Part shown: positions 18,461 to 24,071 of the stretch, piece after piece
Layout of the letters: each line of letters starts with the position of its first letter
Numbering within the stretch: the first letter of the stretch is position 1
NCBI GenBank assembly: GCA_038867615.1
Contig: JAWBYA010000012.1
Coordinates: 1 to 24,071 of the forward strand
Source of the DNA: Sulfolobales archaeon
Lineage (GTDB): Archaea > Thermoproteota > Thermoprotei_A > Sulfolobales > AG1
DNA: 24,071 nt
Direction: 5' to 3'
Position numbers and translations under genes: made by a program
Notes under the pieces: model-generated
Seen by the model: only the letters and a program-made list of their open reading frames with translations
Databases searched by the model: none
Told to the model about the DNA's origin: nothing

Positions 18461-18928
18461 TTAGCCATCAAGCTTAGAGCGATATCTGAGCCCGTCTCCT
18501 CCCTGCTCCTTGTAGCCGTAGCTGTAGCTGTTATTGCTATTGCATCAATTATACTCCTCCCATATATATCCTCCCTTGTCTCTGGCATGATGTCCACAAG
18601 CATTGACGCCTCTATGACATGCTCTAGAGTGAAACAGCCATTTGGAGCACAGTTCCCAGGAGTTGTTATGTGTGTAGTGGCTATAACATGCTCTGGTGGG
18701 TGTGGGGGAACGGCAACCGTAAGCGAGATATGGTATGTTCCAGCATCATCTCTAGATAGGATCTCTATAAACCCAGGAGATATCAGGCTAACGTCTGTAA
18801 GAGTTGTGCAGGGAACATCGACAGGAGCAATAGTGATCCCATATCCATTTGGCTTCAGAGAACCAACAGCAATAACAATAAAGATCTTATACCAAGGAAT
18901 AGAAAGAGTCATAACAGGGTATCTCTAG
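18461..18928 (+). CDS. Archaeal type IV pilin-like protein with class III signal peptide; no canonical start codon upstream of the signal (TTA 18461 or ATC 18467)
   Basis: The frame of the 18587 ORF extends upstream without a stop to 18458: LAIKLRA/ISEPVSSLLLVAVAVAVIAIASIILLPYISSLVSGMM. In-frame TAG at 18455. Four Cys in the globular part. Confidence 0.75.
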   Translation, partial: LAIKLRAISEPVSSLLLVAVAVAVIAIASIILLPYISSLVSGMMSTSIDASMTCSRVKQPFGAQFPGVVMCVVAITCSGGCGGTATVSEIWYVPASSLDRISINPGDIRLTSVRVVQGTSTGAIVIPYPFGFREPTAITIKILYQGIERVITGYL

Positions 18929-18968
18929 CTAGATGCTTTTTCGAGGAAGATAAAACAAAGGTGATCCT

Positions 18969-19586
18969 ATGAAAATAGGTAGTATATCTCTCTATATCTT
19001 GTTCCCTCTGGTGATTTCAATCACTCTCTCAAGCTCAATTAGTAGTGTAATTCTAAGCAATAGCTATCCTAGATCTATAGCTGTTAGTGGGTTAGCCCTT
19101 GATGACGGAGTATATATAGCACATATAGATAGAGATAGTGTTACCATTATGAGAGTATCAGCAGGTGTTATTGGATCTAGCATAGTTGTAAATGGATTTG
19201 AGTTGAAAAGGGGGGATATATTGCTCTTCGTAGGTCTCGACTGTCCCATATCCAAGAGTAATAGATATAGAGATATGGTTATATCAGCATTTATGAAACA
19301 CAACATATCGAAGTTCTACATAGTCTCGTGCACAAGCATATTCAATGCAACATGCAGAGATCAAGCATCACTAGATCTTGTCAAGCTATTTGGAGACATA
19401 AACATCGGAGATAAGAAGGGGTTCTCATCATCACCAGAGATCATAATCTATAGCGGAGCCAGTAGCAGTAGCCCGAGGTTCTCGAAATTCCTAAACGAAA
19501 CAAGAAACGATATAGAGAGACCAGCAGATCTACAGACCATAATAGAGAAATTCCTAGAACGAAATAAGGAATTAATAACTACTTAG
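18969..19586 (+). CDS. Exported or membrane-anchored protein with a probable thioredoxin-like fold (CxxS), 205 aa
   Basis: N-terminal hydrophobic signal; ILLFVGLDCPIS (beta strand plus CxxS); GFSSSPEIIIY (cis-Pro-like loop). GGTGA SD. Confidence 0.6.
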   Translation: MKIGSISLYILFPLVISITLSSSISSVILSNSYPRSIAVSGLALDDGVYIAHIDRDSVTIMRVSAGVIGSSIVVNGFELKRGDILLFVGLDCPISKSNRYRDMVISAFMKHNISKFYIVSCTSIFNATCRDQASLDLVKLFGDINIGDKKGFSSSPEIIIYSGASSSSPRFSKFLNETRNDIERPADLQTIIEKFLERNKELITT

Positions 19587-19603
19587 AAGATCTATATTTT
19601 TAC

Positions 19604-19640
19604 CTGAACTCCTCGTCCTTTAGGGCGGGGAGGAGGTCAG
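19604..19640 (+). mobile_element. Solo IS200/IS605-family right-end-like hairpin motif, with no tnpA/tnpB nearby
   Basis: CTCCTCGTCC-TTTA-GGGCGGGGAG stem (2 G.T pairs) followed by GAGGTCAG. Resembles the ...GCCCTTTAGGGCGGGGAGGAGGTCAG ends that I recall from crenarchaeal tnpB elements (not searched). Confidence 0.6.
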
Positions 19641-19741
19641 ACACATAGATGAGAGGCACGCGAAAAAGCTTTTCTTCCGTGCAATCAGCCCGAGATAGGA
19701 AAAACATATTTTCTTATCTAACTATATTAGCACGACTCCTT

Positions 19742-19763
19742 CCCACCCTATTGGGTGGGTTTT
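19742..19763 (+). other. Perfect GC-rich hairpin CCCACCC-TATT-GGGTGGG plus TTTT: terminator-like or a second IS605-type end hairpin
   Basis: 7-bp perfect stem with a T-tract. The flanking GACTCCTTCCCACCCTATTGG resembles the reverse complement of 19604-19640. Confidence 0.5.
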
Positions 19764-19814
19764 GCTTAAGTCATATACCATACTTTTATTTCAAACATAT
19801 TTGTTGGGGGATAT

Positions 19815-20081
19815 ATGCTCCCATTCCCACAGCCCTTGGGCGAGGTTGAGGTTGTTGAGTTCGAGGCTGAGGAGTTCCCATGGATAACGATTAAGCTTAA
19901 AGATGGCACTATATTGAGGTTCAAAGTTATTGTCACAGGGGTTATGAAGGTCGGGCATGATCCGAATACAGGTATACCCATATATTCTATACAGACACAG
20001 GGGGTGATCCAGCTAGTTAAGATCCCAAAGGAGCTTATAAAGAAGCCGGGACAACCGAGAAGCCCGGGTCCAGCAACATAG
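19815..20081 (+). CDS. Small beta-rich archaeal hypothetical protein (88 aa)
   Basis: ATG with GGGGG SD. WITIKLKDGTILRFKVIVTGV...DPNTGIPIY resembles a conserved uncharacterised archaeal family (from recall). Confidence 0.75.
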   Translation: MLPFPQPLGEVEVVEFEAEEFPWITIKLKDGTILRFKVIVTGVMKVGHDPNTGIPIYSIQTQGVIQLVKIPKELIKKPGQPRSPGPAT

Positions 20082-20087
20082 ATATAT

Positions 20088-20627
20088 CTATGGTTTCTCT
20101 AGTTTCTTGGGGAGTCTCACGCCTCTCTGCCCCTGGTATTCTCCTCTATATGGTTTTTCGATTGGTGTTGATACTTTTGAGAGTATTAGGTGTAGGAATC
20201 TCGTGCCTGGTCTCAGCTTTACTGGGAATGGTGGTGCCTGAACCTCTATCGTTAGCTCTCCCTCGAAGCCTCCGTCTATTATTGTCGGGGGTATCATGAG
20301 TCCTAGTCTTGCAAGTGTTGATCTCAGCTCCACGAAGCCCACAAGCTCTGGAGGGAGCCTTATATATTCAAGGGTGTGTAGGAGATACCTACCCCAGGGC
20401 TTCAAAAGGATCTCAGAGCCCTCACCACATCTATAGAACCTCCCCAGAGCCTCCTCATCAAAACCATACGGATCTAGAACCTCCTCAACCTCCAGGAGCT
20501 CACAGTATCCAGATCCAAGCCTTAGATCGAGACCGTTCTCCCTAACAACAGAGGGGTCGAAAGGCTCTATATAGAGCCTACCACTAGCAATATAGTTCCT
20601 GAGATCAAAATCCGAGAGAATCAACAT
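20088..20627 (-). CDS. dcd: dCTP deaminase / dUTPase (trimeric dUTPase fold, crenarchaeal and SIRV type), 179 aa
   Basis: ILSDFDL...IEPF...ENGLDLRLG...TLEYIRLP...LRSTLARLGLMIPPTIIDGGFEGELTIE...RFLHL...PYRGEYQGQRGV. Confidence 0.93.
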   Translation of the reverse strand: MLILSDFDLRNYIASGRLYIEPFDPSVVRENGLDLRLGSGYCELLEVEEVLDPYGFDEEALGRFYRCGEGSEILLKPWGRYLLHTLEYIRLPPELVGFVELRSTLARLGLMIPPTIIDGGFEGELTIEVQAPPFPVKLRPGTRFLHLILSKVSTPIEKPYRGEYQGQRGVRLPKKLEKP

Positions 20628-20649
20628 CCCATCCCAGAAAATAATATGA

Positions 20650-20976
20650 TCACATTATCACTATGTGTGTGCCCTTCATATCAGATGTGGCACGCTTTGC
20701 AGCCTCCTCCAATAATCTGCCAAGTTTATAGTTGTCTGTCTCAAACCTATTTGCATAGGCATTGAATTCTATGTATCCAGCGGGGTCGCCATCTATATCG
20801 AAGCTCTCAATAGTTATCTTGACACTTCTGTTCTCTTCAAACTCATGGTTTAGGTATCTCTCAATAAACATAGATATAGCACTTATCGCCTTCCAAACAC
20901 ATATGGAAGGTCTTTCGCCATCCCCACACACACTAACAACATAGACATTCTTCTTCTTCTTAGTTCTTGCTGCCAT
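20650..20976 (-). CDS. Hypothetical protein (~108 aa)
   Basis: ATG 20976 after a strong GGAGGAG SD; GCTTTTG box at 21008-21014. Confidence 0.7.
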   Translation of the reverse strand: MAARTKKKKNVYVVSVCGDGERPSICVWKAISAISMFIERYLNHEFEENRSVKITIESFDIDGDPAGYIEFNAYANRFETDNYKLGRLLEEAAKRATSDMKGTHIVIM

Positions 20977-21019
20977 CTCCTCCCACCTATACAACTATAG
21001 CTAAATGCAAAAGCTATCC

Positions 21020-21988
21020 CTAATCTATATTGAGCTTTTTCTTCTCATCTTTCTTCTCCTCTTTCTCCTGGTTCTCCTTTCTTTCCTCCACCTCCTCCTC
21101 GATCTTCATCCTTCTCTCTTTTTCTTTCTTCTTTTTCTTCTCCTCTTCTATCAGCTTTATCTGATCCTCTATCCACTCGACCTTTAGCTGGGATCCCATG
21201 TATTTCTGATACATTTCGATGAGGATATCTATGTCGTCTCTCAGCTCCTTGCTCAGGTTTTCGGATGCATTATATAGATCTGTTATCATCGGCTCCAGAT
21301 GCTTCGCATAGAACCACATGGCATCAGCATGCTCCTCAAATCTAGGTAGCGTTTTAACACCACCCTTTTTGTTGGGCATAACTATTATCGGTATGGGTGT
21401 CTCCACTATTCTCTTCACATAGTCCTCAGCCTCACGATCCCTAAGATTCCTAGCCCTATACATGATAGTCGCCAGTTGAGAACCTATCTTGCTATATGCA
21501 TAAGTCCTAGCAGATAGTGATGAATCAAACTTACCCAGAAACTTGTATTTCCTCCACTCCCTCCCCCTCTTAATCGTGATAACGGTAACTGAATAATCAG
21601 CAGAGCCACCATGATCTACCATATCCATATAGCTGTGATCCATGCTCATAACAATGCCCTTAGTATCTGCTGCAGCATTGATCATAGATACTATCTCATC
21701 CTCACTAGCCTCACTATAGCCGTTAATCTCCGCCCGTATCAAGTCTTCAAACAGCTCCAAGATCTGGATATCGCTGGCATCTATAACAGCAACTATTCCC
21801 TCCCGCATCCTTTCATAGATCTCATCATATGTGGGGAAAGAAATGCTACTTGAATCGTTACCCAGCACTATAGGGCTTGATACTGCGTTCTCCTCATCAA
21901 TATAGATGCCATATACTGTACATAGCTTCCGATTATATTTTATAGACCTCTTACCGTCAAATATATAGACCCTGCCGCTTCCAAGCAT
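21020..21988 (-). CDS. Hypothetical protein (322 aa) with an E/K-rich coiled-coil C-terminus
   Basis: ATG with GGTGG SD, 8 bp after the upstream stop. The last ~45 aa are almost all E/K/R. Confidence 0.8.
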   Translation of the reverse strand: MLGSGRVYIFDGKRSIKYNRKLCTVYGIYIDEENAVSSPIVLGNDSSSISFPTYDEIYERMREGIVAVIDASDIQILELFEDLIRAEINGYSEASEDEIVSMINAAADTKGIVMSMDHSYMDMVDHGGSADYSVTVITIKRGREWRKYKFLGKFDSSLSARTYAYSKIGSQLATIMYRARNLRDREAEDYVKRIVETPIPIIVMPNKKGGVKTLPRFEEHADAMWFYAKHLEPMITDLYNASENLSKELRDDIDILIEMYQKYMGSQLKVEWIEDQIKLIEEEKKKKKEKERRMKIEEEVEERKENQEKEEKKDEKKKLNID

Positions 21989-21996
21989 ATAACCAC

Positions 21997-22860
21997 CTAA
22001 TCAACATCAATCTTGATTTTCCTGGGCTTCTGAACATCACCACCTACTTGGGGCTGGAGCTCTGGAGATGTACCAGGTGCAATAGTGAGCTTTTCAGGTG
22101 TTCCATAGACCTCTTTTAGAACCTCCCTTATAGAGCTGGCTATTCTGCTCAGGTCGGTATTTTCTAGATCATCTAGTAGCTCATCACCACAGGAGCATAT
22201 AGTAGATGCCTCTCTATAGAGCGATAGCCAGTCTATGAATAGAGCGCTTAATTCATACCAGCCAGCCATAGAGCTTGACTGCTTCAAAAACCCTAAGATC
22301 CTTACTCCATTCTCTGGACATCCCCGCCTGCTATTCGATGTTTTCCCCGAGGGCGTCATAGCCTGCGAATTTCTTGTTGCATAGGCATACCATTCATACC
22401 ACTTCGATTGTTTATTTATGGTGATATTAGGGAATACTTGGTCGATCAGGGTTAGCAACTTCGATAGATTTATCGTCCTGAACCTCGAAACCTCTACCTG
22501 CATGCAAGATCCCTCAAGATTCACATATAGCGATCTTCTAGGAGTGGTGGGAGTGATTCTATGCCTTAGTAACACAACTATCTTCCACAGATAATTTATA
22601 TCCCTTAGGCTCTCAAGCACCGTATCCATATCCACTTCCTCAGGCTCCGATATAACATCCTTTACAGTTGTCCCCTGATATGATAGCTGGATTCTAGCAC
22701 CCTTACCGCTCTCAATGATCTCAGATATTGCAGATGTTATGTCTCCGAAGCGTGTTTCGACTATAGTGAGCTCCTTAGCATATCTACCAATAACCATGTA
22801 TAGTCTTCTCGATGTAAACCCAGGCTCTGATATATCAAATACGATACCCTCAACCTCCAT
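21997..22860 (-). CDS. Hypothetical protein (287 aa)
   Basis: ATG ORF in a tightly packed minus-strand run with local codon usage. Confidence 0.78.
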   Translation of the reverse strand: MEVEGIVFDISEPGFTSRRLYMVIGRYAKELTIVETRFGDITSAISEIIESGKGARIQLSYQGTTVKDVISEPEEVDMDTVLESLRDINYLWKIVVLLRHRITPTTPRRSLYVNLEGSCMQVEVSRFRTINLSKLLTLIDQVFPNITINKQSKWYEWYAYATRNSQAMTPSGKTSNSRRGCPENGVRILGFLKQSSSMAGWYELSALFIDWLSLYREASTICSCGDELLDDLENTDLSRIASSIREVLKEVYGTPEKLTIAPGTSPELQPQVGGDVQKPRKIKIDVD

Positions 22861-22892
22861 CTAAGTCCCTATAATATTTGCAAAAATAGCAT

Positions 22893-23270
22893 CTAGAGGA
22901 GGGATTCCATTCTCTCAAGACATTCTCTCCTTGCCTCCCTCATTGCAGCTACGAGGGTATCGTATTCATCTGGCATCACCTTCAGCGATATGTTCAGCAG
23001 CTCGGTATAACTCACTCCTAGGCATAGTAGTTCGGCTACTAGTGATGTGAAGTCTATCTCCTCATTAGCCTTCTTCTCAACATTCTTCTTAATCTCCCTT
23101 ATCCTATCTCTATACTTCTGCGGGTTATCCCTCCACTCATCGGGAACTATACCAGCTAGATGATTAAGCATAGCTAGGAGAGACTCAAGATTAACAATCT
23201 TCCTCTTAGCCTCGGTAATCTCGTATTCCTTAACAAAGTCCTTAGAGCTCAACCCTACCCAAGATATCAT
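22893..23270 (-). CDS. Hypothetical helical protein (125 aa)
   Basis: ATG ORF with local codon usage; no motif recognised. Confidence 0.7.
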   Translation of the reverse strand: MISWVGLSSKDFVKEYEITEAKRKIVNLESLLAMLNHLAGIVPDEWRDNPQKYRDRIREIKKNVEKKANEEIDFTSLVAELLCLGVSYTELLNISLKVMPDEYDTLVAAMREARRECLERMESLL

Positions 23271-23382
23271 CTAACCAAGAAAAACATAATTGGTGAAACC
23301 AACCTTCTCTCATGCCTTCAGATCATCACCTTGATTATCAACCCTTTCGAGCAGATCCTTGGTACCCTCCATCTATTTGGGC

Positions 23383-24024
23383 TTATCTTATGTAGCACCT
23401 TCCGCCATCGCTATTGAGGATACATGCGCCAGATCCGCTTGCAGCTTCGAAATAATATGTTATTGACACTACCTCTATGTTTTTCACAAGGGATGCTAGT
23501 AACTCTGGGCTTAGCTGACAACTGGTGCTTCCACATACCTCTACCAACAGATTGTTATATGCTGGGTTGTCGGATTTGATCCTGCATGTTATATATGTTG
23601 TAACATTTGAAGCTGCTGGCACAGAGACGCCCGAACCTTCGGCTATACTGCAGCTCTGAACATAGAAGGTGAAGACGCTAGATCCCTTAAACAGGAAATT
23701 AACATCTGCACTTATTATCTTCATAGTCTCTCTGAGCGGGTTATAGAGCTTAGTATCAACCCTTATAGGTATATGATCGGCAGCAGGTGTTGGGATTGTA
23801 ACAACTAATGGGAGTACACCACCCAATGGAAGCGGAAGGGGAATAATAAGTCTTCTGACAGAATATGTAGTCGCATTAACTGAAGGAACTGTTGTTTTTT
23901 CTCCCTTGATTTCTTTAATTAAATCTGGTATAACAATTGCAACAAGAGTATAAATAAATAGAAAAAGAACTATAGCTGCAATTATCATTACGAAAGTCTC
24001 GGTAATTCCTTTCTTTATTCTCAC
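23383..24024 (-). CDS. Archaeal type IV pilin-like protein with class III signal peptide (~213 aa)
   Basis: GTG 24024 after GGGGAGG. MRIKKG/ITETFVMIIAAIVLFLFIYTLVAIVI; KLYNPLRETMKIISADV...VSVPAASNVTTYITC beta-sandwich motifs; six Cys. Confidence 0.8.
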   Translation of the reverse strand: MRIKKGITETFVMIIAAIVLFLFIYTLVAIVIPDLIKEIKGEKTTVPSVNATTYSVRRLIIPLPLPLGGVLPLVVTIPTPAADHIPIRVDTKLYNPLRETMKIISADVNFLFKGSSVFTFYVQSCSIAEGSGVSVPAASNVTTYITCRIKSDNPAYNNLLVEVCGSTSCQLSPELLASLVKNIEVVSITYYFEAASGSGACILNSDGGRCYIR

Positions 24025-24071
24025 ACCACACGCCTCCCCAATAATATATATATATATGAAATTTTCCATTT

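Noticed and set aside
18454-18912. 152-aa minus-strand ORF
   Set aside because: Antisense shadow of the pilin gene, whose plus-strand frame has a class III signal peptide and an upstream promoter box.
19649-19981. 66-aa (+) and 71-aa (-) ORFs over the hairpin region
   Set aside because: Atypical composition and overlap with the better-supported 88-aa gene; the region is better explained as structured non-coding sequence.
21005-21187. 60-aa Leu/Phe-rich plus-strand ORF and CT-rich low-complexity tract
   Set aside because: Reverse complement of the E/K-rich tail of the 322-aa gene; neither a membrane peptide nor a repeat array.
23310-23372. 20-codon minus-strand ORF MEGTKDLLERVDNQGDDLKA
   Set aside because: Codon usage is plausible, but it is too short and lacks a clear SD, so I cannot support it.
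1-24071. CRISPR array, tRNA/rRNA, transposase, integrase or capsid genes
   Set aside because: No regularly spaced repeats, cloverleaf/T-loop signatures or diagnostic protein motifs were seen by eye; highly divergent versions among the unknown ORFs cannot be excluded.

Overview
Gene-dense archaeal DNA that looks crenarchaeal (Thermoproteota). The basis is a TFB with the 2-Cys 'Sulfolobus TFB1-type' ribbon, a crenarchaeal/SIRV-type dCTP deaminase/dUTPase, GG(G)TG/GGAG Shine-Dalgarno motifs and heavy ATA/AGG codon use. I see no rRNA, tRNA, CRISPR array, ribosomal protein, capsid, integrase or transposase gene. About half of the ~24 CDSs are unassignable, so the window reads like part of a large mobile element, virus or accessory island (inference). 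Main content: (i) a SWIM-finger/MoxR-like AAA+ fusion with a divergently transcribed HExxH-vWA partner; (ii) a divergent gene cluster with three TFB paralogues (one full-length with an altered BRE-recognition helix, two truncated). These are interleaved with a KaiC/RAD55 ATPase, a PLD-family nuclease, a ParA/MinD ATPase, an 891-aa two-TM surface protein, an HTH/C2H2 regulator, pilin-like genes and an exported CxxS thioredoxin-like protein; (iii) a 228-bp intergenic region with four hairpins including IS200/IS605-like end motifs, with a degenerate copy of one motif inside the PLD gene 3' end; (iv) dcd/dut and several hypothetical genes. A GCTTTT(T)-type TATA-like motif precedes most genes. All family calls come from motifs recognised by eye; no searches were run.
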